A stretch of DNA of 64,000 bases from Callorhinchus milii (lineage: Eukaryota), in NCBI RefSeq assembly GCF_018977255.1, contig NW_024704783.1, forward strand, positions 434,001 through 498,000. Direction: 5' to 3'. The translations under genes were made by a program, and so were the position numbers. The notes under the pieces are model-generated. The model was not told the DNA's origin, did not search any database, and saw nothing but the letters and a program-made list of their open reading frames with translations. Positions 49,406 to 61,420 of the stretch are shown here, piece after piece. Position 1 is the first letter of the stretch; every line of letters begins with the position of its first letter.

Positions 49406-50875
49406 GTCGTTTTCGTGTTTGTTAACAAATGTGTCCACGTTGTTATTGTTTTTTGTGAATCTGAAAATATTGGGTAGAAAGTTCGTTTGGATACAGGTGT
49501 CTTTTCTCCCGTGAAGTACAAATTCCAATCCCTTTGCAGAACATTCCGTGAAGCGCTTTTAGAATTGTCGAAGATGTGCTAAGATACTGTATCAAATTAA
49601 ACGTTTATTAATATTCACACGCGCAATAGACAGTTTGAATAATATCCTATACCAAATGCAATGATTATTACAAGTGATTTTGTTTGGGAAGACACGCACT
49701 CTCGATTAACTTTGATGTCCATTCATTGCGACTAACACAATCCAAGGGGTATAGGATTCAGGGATACAGGCATTCCGTATACAGGGTGACGAAAACCTAA
49801 TGATAATTATTCTATTATCTATGATAAAAATGTTTATCATTCCTTTAACACTGATTTTACATGGTAATTGGTTAGCCACAAGAACGTCGCTGTCACTTTA
49901 CATATGAATAGATTTAGCTTTTTCTAACAGTGTATATATGAGTTTCCAAAAAACTTTTTGCAGTTGGTTGATATTACCGTTTATGTCGTGAAGTCACGTA
50001 GAATAGTTGTACGAATAGTCCCCGTTGCATCGATGACAAAAGAAACATTTGTTTTATATTTCCACCTACGTATGCATTGATCTCCAAGCTCGATATATTT
50101 CCAGATTTCTCCAGCTCCTTATCTTTCACATGGTAATCACTTGGGATATTTACATCAATCATATACTGCATGTAAATTCTAATCAATTATTGATACCAAT
50201 ATCTGGTCTGTTATAGCTGACTGACCTGTCTTTATGTAATTTAATGTATCTGTGTCAAATGCGAGGATTATTGCATTATTATAATTGTAAACCACAGATT
50301 ATTGTAAAGTTGTACAGTTGTATGATTTTCACTGACTGATGTTGATAACAGTTGAATTTACATCAATATCAAATTCTTTACGAATTGTCCAGTGAATATA
50401 TTTAGCTGCATTGGTAAGTTTGATCAGATATTCTGTTTTTATTATTAATGTTACGATAACCATGAACATGGTGGTGAAAGTAATAGCATATCCATGTTCG
50501 AATGAACACAAGCGATAAAACTAGCAACCTTGAGAGGGAAGATTAGTTTCAGTGATAGAAGGTTAGTAAACAAGAATACGGTTCGTAGTCGATTGACGAA
50601 TCGCTTTTCTGTTGTAATAATCCCTTCAATAATAATAATAAAAGAAGAATAATAGCAGTGAATTGGTCACCTTGTTCCACAAGTATTTGTGGGCTGCTAC
50701 TGCTACTACCTGCTGCTCTTCGGCTACAAAACATCTAGTAAATTCACTTTACTCAATATTCTGTGAAACGCCTTGAGACGCCTTGAAGACGTGATAAGGC
50801 GCTTTAACAAATGCCAGGATAATTATTATTATTGTTCGCAGCACCGCTGCTGCTAGTGTAACTTAATTAAAATTA

Positions 50876-50949
50876 TAGCCCGTACGAGGATTGAACCTGC
50901 GACCTTGGCGTTATTAGCACCACACGCTCACCCACGAAACTAACCGGCC
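50876..50949 (-). pseudogene. tRNA-Ile(AAT), degenerate D-arm
   Basis: GGCCGGTTAGTTTCGTGGGTGAGCGTGTGGTGCTAATAACGCCAAGGTCGCAGGTTCAATCCTCGTACGGGCTA. Confidence 0.8.
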
Positions 50950-51508
50950 TGACTTGCTGAGTGAGTCACTGGAAGCTCTGATTATTGATGTACGGTATGC
51001 AAAATTGTGATTGACATATTGTCGTGCCTTACCTGCACAACAGACAGAAACATTATTTAAATAATTAACCATTCTGCTGCTTGCAACACAACTTTGAGGC
51101 AGAGGTATAATCTCCCGGATATCAACTTGCTCAGAAGAAACCATATACTCAGCATTTCATTTGAAGTGTGGTATCAAATCAAATTTTAACTGAATTAGTT
51201 TATTCTCAAACATATTCCGGATATTGCCTTAGCTTATTTCCCTGATTTGTGTCTTTAATAAAGGAAACGATTATCGGCAGTTTTGATTTGAATTAAACAG
51301 ATCATTTGTTCACAAATTATACAGTCAACTTACTTTCAACTACATAGTGCCAAGAGTTTTGACACGTCTCGAAGCCACTGTATGAAATGCAAGTATTGTT
51401 ATTATTATTATTGGTGCTGTGAAGCGCAGCCACGATTGCAGGACATATCTGCTTGTTTTTTGTACACAAGCAAATTTCGGTTCCAATCGGAAAAATAAAA
51501 TGAAATGC

Positions 51509-51560
51509 TTCCCTGACCGGGAATCGAACCGGGGCCGCGGCGGTGAGAGCGCCGAATCCT
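51509..51560 (-). pseudogene. 5'-truncated tRNA-Glu(CTC)
   Basis: AGGATTCGGCGCTCTCACCGCCGCGGCCCCGGTTCGATTCCCGGTCAGGGAA; 5' acceptor strand and A box lost. Confidence 0.85.
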
Positions 51561-51949
51561 GTCCACTAGAAAGCAATAATCCTCACATATAAAAAAAAAG
51601 GCCCAAAAGAGAATTGAACCGTCATTGAAATGCATGCAGAGAATCCGAGTGGCCAATAAGACTGAGTAAGTATCGTTGCTTCTCATCAGCAACAACAACA
51701 ACGGCAAAATTACATTTATAGAGCGCCTTTCACGTCGGGAGGACGTCGCAAACCTCATTTTCTCATAAGAAAATGAGAATCTTTGGGGAACATTGAAACT
51801 GTTTTTTTTAATTCGTTTATAGGGACGAGAGAAGAAGAGAACTATGAAATTATTAAGAGTAGGAAATGCAGTTCTTGGAGAGAGAAACATTGATAAGCAC
51901 TGGCACATTAGGCATCCATCGTAACTCAGGGTTCATCTTCCAGTTGTTC

Positions 51950-52110
51950 AACCTTTAATTGATAGAGGTTACTTCTTGGCGAGAGATATTCAGGGATAAA
52001 GGGATAGGGCGGGTAATTCGAATTAGACAAAGAGATCAGCCATATTCTTAATAAATGGCGGTGCAGGCTAAGAGACCGACAGGATTAGTACTGCTCCTGC
52101 GTCCTATGGT
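51950..52110 (+). mobile_element. CR1-type LINE 3' tail fragment
   Basis: gatcagccat...aatggcggtgcaggct...tactgctcctgcgtcctatg; similar to 53800-53945. Confidence 0.6.
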
Positions 52111-53797
52111 CTTATAACAAGATAAACCGAGGATCTGCGTCTGTTCAAGTCGACTGCAAAGACCTCATGGCACGGTTTGTAAAGATAAAATGGGTTTCCT
52201 TGTCAGCTGGCCAAGATCCTCCAAACAAAGTCAATCAATCACTTCATGGATGTTGGAGCCGATTGGTATCTACGTTTTATCAAGAATTACTTCATTAGTA
52301 CACTTTACAATGACGACAAAAAATAAGCTTTGCATTGAATACAGCCACTCATTGCGTTTCCGAGACGTCTCGCAGAATATAGCGGAGTGTTCCTCATCAT
52401 TATTTAGTTCAGATTTGTAATAAATTGTTATGTCGATTACATGTTATCGGCAAAACACGGAAGCCAACTCCGCACAATTGTTTCCTACACGGATTATTAC
52501 TTTGATTTGGAATACATTTTTTTTGCTGGAAAAGTGATCCACCAACGGATAAATAAACAATCAAGTTCCCACTTACGTAAACAGGTGTGTCGAGAAGGAA
52601 ACTTATCCAACGTTTCGTCCTGCTGGGTATCGGATCCAGTTCTCTCGTTAGCGAGGCGAGTTCTCTAAGCTACAGAACTCCACGGTAACGACAACAGCAA
52701 CAACATTAGTATAGCGTCTTCCGCGTCAGGAGGACAGTCAGGGGTCCGTACTAAGCTGGCAGCTGGGTTTACAGTAAATCACTTGAAAGATTTTGCAAAG
52801 CACATATGGAGTGTGGGGGGTGAGGCAGTTTGTGGGGAGTTGTGGAGTGCGGTGAGAGAGAGGGAGAGAGCGAAAATGACAACACACAGTGCATTGGATG
52901 CTTTGCAGCTGCAATAACTGTACACAAACCCGTGGTCAGGATGTGCGAGGCAGATTTTCTAACTCACATTCACTGTCTTCAAGTTCAATTTTCTTTCTGC
53001 AGAACACAAAAAGAAGGACAACGAAAAAAAAGCGGAGCAAAGTTTATCAAAACTGAACACAATCGATAACTTCCTGAAAATGCACACACCGCCCCCAAAT
53101 AACAATTAAATATAACATAAAAGCTTTAGAAATTAAAACTTGTTCCAATTTTATGGCAATAAAAATAACAAAAGCAACGATGACATCAATCTGATAAAAC
53201 AATAATTATAATAATAAGAAAAGTATCAAGATAGTAATATAATCATAATATAATAACGTTAAAAGCAGCAATAAGCTCTTAGGAATGTTAACAGTAATAA
53301 TAACGATCCCCTTATCTTCGCTGCTCACGCCTCGCCATGATTGATTAGTGCCGCTGCCCCGCCCATTCCTCGCGCATGCGACCTTTTCCCCGTTTAACCA
53401 TCTCTCGGGAGCCCGCGCGCATTAACACCTCGGAGGTCCCATTGGTACTGGCTGCACGTGCACATGCGTAGCTCTTTCCCGTCAATAGCGTCAAGAGGAC
53501 CACGACCTGTAGCTCCTCGACCCCATCATTCCCTGCCCATAACTGTTAACTTGCTGTGATCTGGGCTATTCTAAACAATGTCCAAAATTATACATTATCA
53601 TGTTATTAATCATTATTAAATCATATTCCCCCGGCCTAACCACCCCCCACCAACCCACAACGCCTTTCTCCCCCACCCCGCTCTCCCTCTCTCTCTCTCT
53701 CTATGTATATATATATATATCATCGTCACTCTCGCTTGCCCCATTACTCCCTCTCATTCTTCCTCCATCGCTCCCCCAAACCCTGTTTCCTCAATAC

Positions 53798-53945
53798 CTC
53801 AAGGCTGAGACTGATAGATTTTAAAAAAAACAGAGGCATTAGGGGATATGGGGATAGCGTAGGTAATTAGACAAAGGTCACAAGAACAGCCATGATCTTA
53901 TCGAATGACGGGGAAGGCTCGAGGGGTCGAATAGCCTACTCCTGC
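53798..53945 (+). mobile_element. CR1-type LINE 3' tail fragment
   Basis: caaggctgagactgatagatt...ggggatatggg...cagccatgatctta...ggctcgaggggtcgaatagcctactcctg. Confidence 0.65.
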
Positions 53946-54169
53946 GTGTGTGTGTGTGTGAGAGAGAGTGAGAGAGCACCTACACAGTGAAATCTACACA
54001 GTGAAACCGCAGGAATAGTTTGTTCTAATGGAATGCAGATTGTGCATGTTCCTGCTAATCCTACTTCCAGAATTATTTCTCATGATTTAGAAATGTTAGC
54101 AAAATTGGCAAAGGAAACTGCACATCAGTCAGTTTGAGAACGCGTCTGTATAAATTATAGAGTTTCTGA

Positions 54170-54910
54170 TTCAAAAAAAATCACGCAGCATCTGGACATT
54201 AATAAATTATAAAAGTTAGCCAATATGGGATTATGAAAGGGATATCTGCCGAAACAATTTACGGGTTTGTTTTTCTGTGTGACAAACCTACATAATAAGA
54301 AAAGGCAATGGATGTTGTAAATACGGATTTCAGTAAAGCCTTTTCTTACAGATTCTCATGAAAGGCTGTTACTTAAAATTAACAAAGCGGGAATCAGAGA
54401 ACGTTTCTTGCCAGGGGTATGTAATTGGATGACCGATAGAACCCAGAAGATGGTGCTACAGGGAGTGTCATCACGCTGGGCGCATGTTATCAATGGAGAT
54501 CCTGAAGGATCTGTTGGGACCTCTTTAATTTAACTTGTTCATAAATGATTTCGTCCTGTGAGTCACAAGCACAATTGTTAAATTTGCAGAGGATACACTG
54601 ATAATGAACGTGGTAGACTTCATGGATGAACGAGGTAGGTAATAGGAGGATTTAAACATACTTCGGATTTGGACAGGTAGTTGGCAGATGAAATCTATTG
54701 CAGAAAAAGGCAAAGTGTTCATATGGGGACAAAAGTTCAAGGAAGGGAGGACTATTTCTATAGTAACAAAATAATCTGTACGTAAAATGAAACGGACTTG
54801 TGAATCCTGGTGAAAATAAATTGAAGCTATTCAAGCAATGTTCAGTAGCAGTGACTGAGGCAAACCAGATGCTGGGCTCCACTAAAAGGGCAATATTGCG
54901 GCGCAATAGT
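54170..54910 (+). mobile_element. Old CR1 RT fragment
   Basis: DVVNTDFSKAF...HERLLLKI; FINDF...IVKFAEDT; ANQMLG motifs. Confidence 0.72.
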
Positions 54911-56463
54911 TGAGTAATAATTCCACTTTAATAATTACAGATGCGTCTGCAGCAGGAAGTTTGATAATTACGGAAACCTTTGACCACGATCAAGATTATA
55001 CAAACAAAGCAGAGATATCTGTGCAAACCACCTACATATGGAAAACCCAGAGAGAGATTGTACAACATTGTGTGCACACTCTTTTCCTTTACGGACGTAT
55101 CCTGCTTCCCTAATTATGGATAATATTTTGTAAACGTTGGCAAGAGCAAATGCTTTTGGACCCCAGAGTCTGCTTTGCGGTACCGCTGGATTCCAAACAA
55201 CTAATATCGCATAGCTTGCCATTCATATAGCTATCCGGCAAGCTTTCCCGCAGCCTGTTCAACTGGGACCACCCGTCCTGTTAGGGCATTAACTTGCAAG
55301 TTTAACAGGTGCTAAATGAATTGTTTCCCCGCCACCAATGACAGGTCTTGTCGGTGAGCCAGGCTGATTACGTTGTCCTCGGCGTGCCCTGTGGTTCTGT
55401 GGACCAACATGGCTCAGGAACTCGACTAGACACCATCACAGACGGCTGGCACCCGCCCCCCACCAAGAACGAGAGTTACGTAAGGATGACGCATCTTTCC
55501 AGGGATGCAAGCCACATTGAAATACAGGAATTCCCATGTGAAGGTGGCATGCTTGTAACAGTTTAGCATAACGTACCTCTGGAAACCGGGCAATGCAACA
55601 GATTTTTTAGGGATGGAATTAATTTCTAAAATATTTTGAAAATTTGAGGTTTTCAAAATATTTTCTTATTGCTTCCTTAGCAGGATCTCAGAATATTATC
55701 ATTCCAGCAGACAGAAGGACAAATGAGGCCGTTAACATAAACTAACCTTTTCTCGAGGGAGATCATTACCAATGCCGGATTACCCTTTATTTTGCGAATT
55801 GGAAAATACAATGCAATTGAACACCGTTTCAGTTATTAACTTTGGTCATTAAATGTTCATCTAGAATTAACACATCATCCATGTAAAACATAATATTCAT
55901 CAATTTCCATGAAGTAGTCTATTCCACATATAACTAAATATAAATGTAACTATATATTGCTATTGACGAACTGCAACCTGTTGTTCTTGTTTAAGTTATG
56001 TATAACGGTTTCACCCAAAGCAGACTTATTTTTCGACGTGTCTGTGTCGATTCTTCCTCCCACAACAGCACCAAGTGTATTTCAAAAGCAAATTTAAGAA
56101 ATAAAATAAGGAAACCATAGTGGGCCCATGCTATTGTTCCTTTTAGAAGTTCATCATAACTCAACATTATTTCATTCCCATTATTTATATAGGTTCTACA
56201 GATAAACTGTTATCAATAAGTATGGTTCAGACTTTATTTGGAGGTTAGCAATGCAAGTAGTTTACAATTCGTAACATATTTTTGATGGAAATGCTCATGA
56301 AAACGAAATCAACCCTTCCTTCACTATGTCTAGGGATGTTCATGTTTAAAGTTTCTAAGAGGCAGCAGCATAAATTTTGGAGATATTTACCATAGTTGGG
56401 AGGAAACAGTAAATAAAATCTGCTTGTAATGTTGGTAGGTTTCCTTGTTAGTGTAGATAATCA

Positions 56464-57431
56464 TCAATATTGCTGAAGTTCAAAAGCGTGTGGTGCCAAG
56501 TCCCTTCTTACCTTGTGTTTATGACATTTTGTCATTAATTTAGCAATAATATGAAATAAATAAGCTAACAATTTCTTAAACTCTTTTCTGAACTTATTTT
56601 GAGTCAACGCATAAATACATGTGTTGGTACAGCAACTCAACCTTTGAAACATGATTCCGGTTTCTTGCACGAAAAACCGCATGCTATTGACAAATGTTTC
56701 GCTGTAGTTATAATTGGAAAGTTGCCATTTCAAAGAAAATGTAATACTAGTTATCCATAGTAGTAAAAAACTTCCCGAAATGGCAAAGAGTAAAATGATG
56801 CATTTTGTGCGGTTTTCCATCTCCGGATCAATTGTTTTCTCAGAAATTCCCTGACCTCGAAGTCTCCTTCGGAGATTACTGGCCATAATAATGTGTCTAA
56901 TAATCAGAGCATTGAACAGACAAATCAAAGCAAATGCAAACATCGGAGCAATAACCCGGTGAAGCCTTTCAAACGTTTTCCACGTTGCCAATGAATAATA
57001 GCTTGGTTTGAAGACGCAGTACCATGGAGTACCGTCAATTATAACGTAAGGATCAGCTGTAAAGTACCAGGGAATGCTCAGCGAGCAGCCGAAAACCGAT
57101 AGAATTACAATAACCACTGTGGCTGTTCTCTCTGTGCAATATATTGGTTTCAACTTTAGGCAGCAAATGGCTACAAATCGATCGAAAGTAAAAGCAACAG
57201 TGAACCATACAGAATTGTGGATAGTTGCAGTTAGCAAAACACCTTTAATACGACACACTGGAGTATAGAATAAAAAACTGAATGGGAAATACATATTATT
57301 AATTTTGTTCAACAACACATCAACACAAACGACCAGGAGATCCGCCGCTGACATGGCTACCAAGTAGCGAGTGATGCATTTGGAGAGACCGCACTTTCCT
57401 CTTGTCAGGATCACAATCGCCAAAAAATTAA
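56464..57431 (-). CDS. GPR139-like class A GPCR, main exon (TM1b-TM7) intact; first exon not identified
   Basis: ctcacag|TT AAT TTT TTG (same junction as the paralogue), AAADL, FDRFVAIC, DPEMENR, SCCTNTCIY. Confidence 0.88.
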
Positions 57432-57629
57432 CTGTGAGAAGCAATGGCAATAGAAAAGATAATTTATGTGAATAAACATTGTTTGGTTGAAAGTGTAAAA
57501 CTGTGTCATATCTAATTGCGTTTTCTTCAAATTGTTCCCCAAAAAATATCGGCACACAAAGAACAGTTAGTGCATTGGTTACGAAATCCTATCAGTGCTA
57601 AGGGACATGTTCAAAGGATGTAAGGAAGC

Positions 57630-57757
57630 TCTGACGGAAGGTCATTGAACTGAAACATTAATTGATATTCCTCTCTCCATATGTGCTGCATGTTGTACTG
57701 TGTTCTTCCAGCAACCTGTTTTTATTTAAAATTATCAGCATGTGAAGTATTTGGCCT
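57630..57757 (+). repeat. Degenerate repeat with a minimal hammerhead-like motif
   Basis: ctgacggaaggtcattgaactgaaacattaa...ctctctccatatgtgctgc...ttccagca; resembles the CTGANGA-stem-GAAAC repeats I recall as common in shark genomes. Confidence 0.5.
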
Positions 57758-58005
57758 TTTCCACATGAAATTAGCAGTAGTTATTGAACAGAGACATTAT
57801 TCATTGCCATACATAGCTTGATCATACATATAAAGCTGTGTTGTGTTCGGCAGCGTTTTCTTTTATTTGTTTCAATTACTTTAAAAATCAGATAATATTC
57901 CAGAATTCTTCCGGTCACATTCACTTATGCCAAATATCCTTTAGTAATCCAGCAACCGATATCAAAACGCCAAACCATTTGGGGACAATAAATTGGGGCG
58001 TACAT

Positions 58006-58713
58006 TTCTTTACATCTCCTGATTAGTTGGCCTCAAAAAGAATGCAAAATCCAGTTATTTTCTGAAATATGTCATCTTGTCTTGTTTACCAGGATCTCTC
58101 TACAAAAACATCAGCAATAGCACAATGTTCCTGAGAAACGATGAGTGTAATATTCAAAGTGAAACATGTTTTAGTTGATTATCTTAGACCGCGTTTTAAA
58201 AGAAATACAAATATATTACATATAAACCAAGAAAAGTGAATAACAATTTCGTAAATTCGATTAATTATTTGTTGTCCATTATAAGCACGGTGCATCACTG
58301 AAATATGTAACTAAACCTTCGGTATGTTAAACAGTATTGCCCATTATTGCTAAGGTTGGTTCTTTACATCTCCTGATTAGTTGGCCTCAAAAAGAATGCA
58401 GAATCCAGTTATTTTCTGAAATATGTCATCTTGTCTTATTTACCAGGATCTCTCTACAAAACATCAGCAATAGCACAATTTTCTTGAGAAAAGATGAGTG
58501 TAATATTCAAAATGTAAAATGTTTTAGTTGATTATCTTAGACCGCGTTTTTTAAAAAATACAAAGATATTACATGTAAACCAAGAAAGGGGAATAACAAT
58601 TCGTAAATTTGATTAATTATTTGTTATCCATTGTAAGCACGGTGCATCACTGAAATATGTAACTAAACCTTCGGTATATTAAGTAGTATTGCCCATTATT
58701 ACTAATGTTGGTT
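58006..58713. repeat. Tandem duplication, 354-bp unit x2
   Basis: ttctttacatctcctgattagttggcctc... starts at 58006 and 58360; scattered substitutions. Confidence 0.9.
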
Positions 58714-61326
58714 GCAAATCACGGTCCTCTTCTCCGTACACAATAGGGATGTAGAAGACCAGAAAACACCAATATCAGGAAAAATACTTTAAAAATACAA
58801 GTCACAACAAATTATTTGAAGTACGAAGTTGTTATTGCAGAGCTTCCAAAATAAGACTCAACGTGGTATTTCACAATCAATCTGCTCATCTCCAAATAGC
58901 CAAACTGTTTGAAAATTTTGTGGTCTATTCAAATTTGTAGAAGGTTGTAATAGAATCAGAGAAATATGCAACACCTTAGAGGCCATTCGGCGCTTAAAGT
59001 CTGCACCAACTCTTTGATGAAGGTATGCATTCTGTTTTACTGACGTGTTTAACCTCATAATTTTTAAGGGTCTATTCTTCACATTTGTATCTAGTCTGCT
59101 CTTCAGTGGAAAAAGGGCATATGACTCTATCACCATAATCGACAGGGCATTCTTGATTCCAACATTATTATGAGTCAAATGGATCATCAAAGCTCTCTAT
59201 TTCGCTCTTCTTGTGGTTAACGTATACCAAATGCAGCGAACATCCAATGGTTCCTATAGATTCCAATACCCGCTTGGAGTTCAAAACGAACCCTTCATGT
59301 TGGAAGCATCTCAGAATGCTGAAGTAAGCCGCTGCTTGAGGCTAAGTTGGAGAGAAAGCTGCGTAAATGTATGTAGTCACTATCAAAGAGCAACGCATTC
59401 AGTTAAGATCTGAAACGAGACAAGCTGCGAACACAGTGGGGGGAATAAGATTGATAATTCTCGAGTTTAAGATGGAAAACGCGTCGCTTATGAAATCGAG
59501 CGATACTGGTCATGCATAAGGCATACGATATATAGTTGGGATTCCATTCTGTCGTGCAGTTGTGCTACTTGGAAAGGCTATAATTTGTTTTAGGAAGTCC
59601 GTACCTTCGGGACTCAAATACAACGCAGCGACAATGGAATAAAATGTAGGAATGAGAAGGAAATGATTCACACAGCGAGCTGGTGGAAGTTGTTGTCTGA
59701 ACCTTTATTTTTTTCCCACGCATTGAAGAGCACGACACACCTTTATGTGAAGGAAATGGTAACAGAAGGCAAAGGAGTGAATAAAGATTCGTATAGATTA
59801 CAAACTCTAGGACTGTCTGCTTGATCAGAGTGGACTATTTACGCTTGGTACAAACTTAGTAAATCTATCTAAATCTTTGATCACAGCCCTTTCCACTTGT
59901 TTTGCTACATTCAGGGTTTACCTGCACTTCCCAGTCTGTTTGCTCCTCTGAACCATTTATACTCTCAAACCTCTTTCTTTCTACAAAATATAATAAAGTG
60001 ATATGTCACATTATAAAATGTCTTCTGCCACCCAATAGAGTTAACGTTTCAAAATGCTAAATCAATGCAACCGAATAAACTTACGTGGAATTCCAAATGC
60101 TACAAGAATGGGGTAGTAAATCGCGATGATTGCATGCAGCGTTGGAAGTGCCATGCTGTTTTTTACACTACAACAATAGTTTCGCTGAAGGCAGAGGCTT
60201 CAATTGACACACTGATTTCCAATGAAAGCAATGTGTACTTATATCGAGCACGTATATGCAGCTTGCATCATGGATTAACTCCAATTAGTCCAATTAGTTC
60301 CAGACATTTGAACAAACAAGATAATGCGTTTACGTGAGTACTACACATTTAAAATTTTAATAACATTGGTTATTGTGAAATGGAAAATAAGTATTTAAAA
60401 ATACCTGCATCTACATACAGCCACATGCAGATACCGTTCATGCAGAGAAGTGCAAAGGAGTATTTAAAGTTTAAATATATATTATATTCCCACACTTGAT
60501 CATAGAAAATTGAAGACCGACATGGGGTGGTTGTCAAAAGGCGGGGAAGGTATGATAAACAAGAGTGTGGTCATGTGGTCAATGAAGAGTATCTTGAAAC
60601 TGACCCCGGAAAAGATATGTGAGCGAGTGAGTGCTGGATTTGGAAGCAATAACAACAATTTGCATTAGTAAAACTTACGATCGATAGAGGCTTCAGTTTA
60701 CAGTATCCACTGCAATGACACGAGCTTCGCCTTAAGCTCAGACACTGTTACCAACGAGCCATTTGTGCTCCGAATAACTGAAATTTCCAAAAGAGAACTT
60801 AGCAATACAAAGTTTAATGGAACTTTATTGATTTGCTGAACATTTAACAAAAATCATCGTGATCTTCAAACCGAATCGTCAACAAAAATGATCAAACAGT
60901 CCTCGTTAATTGCTTATTCAATGTGCCAGCGAGGCCACGGTTAATCAACTCATACCACGTATCAACATTTTCTTTGCACCATGACAAAGAGACGGTTCGT
61001 TTTCTAGCGGGTATTATGGGCAATGAACCATAAGACTGTCAGTGCAGCTCACTCGAAGGAACTCTCATGTTGCCTGAGATTCGATATCCTCCGGCCTTAA
61101 CATGCAATATCTCTGTTGCAGGATTTTTTCACTTGAAACCAAAGTTGATCCAACATTTATCTTATATTTATTTCGAATTCTTACTGAGCGGCTTCTCGGA
61201 GCGTTTATTGAGGTTTGGTAAAGCACCGAACTGACAGAGGGTGAATCACAACAAAAAAAACGTTACTCCGTGACCTCCCCTGTTATCCACCCATGCAACT
61301 GACTTGACTAAACCAATGAAAAATGC

Positions 61327-61420
61327 TGCTCTAGGTGAGATTCGAACTCACAACCTCGGCATTTCTCGAGGAAGTACTGTCATATAAGTACCGCGCTCTA
61401 ACCTATTGCGCCACTAGAGC
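61327..61420 (-). tRNA. tRNA-Ile(TAT) with 20-nt intron (61382-61363)
   Basis: GCTCTAGTGGCGCAATAGGTTAGAGCGCGGTACTTATA|TGACAGTACTTCCTCGAGAA|ATGCCGAGGTTGTGAGTTCGAATCTCACCTAGAGCA; standard vertebrate intron-containing isotype. Confidence 0.92.

Noticed and set aside
57432-57555. N-terminal extension MPIFFGEQ... of the 363-aa GPCR ORF
   Set aside because: Lies upstream of a splice acceptor equivalent to the one in the paralogue and begins at a non-ATG codon; probably intron read-through. The same applies to 27791-27836.
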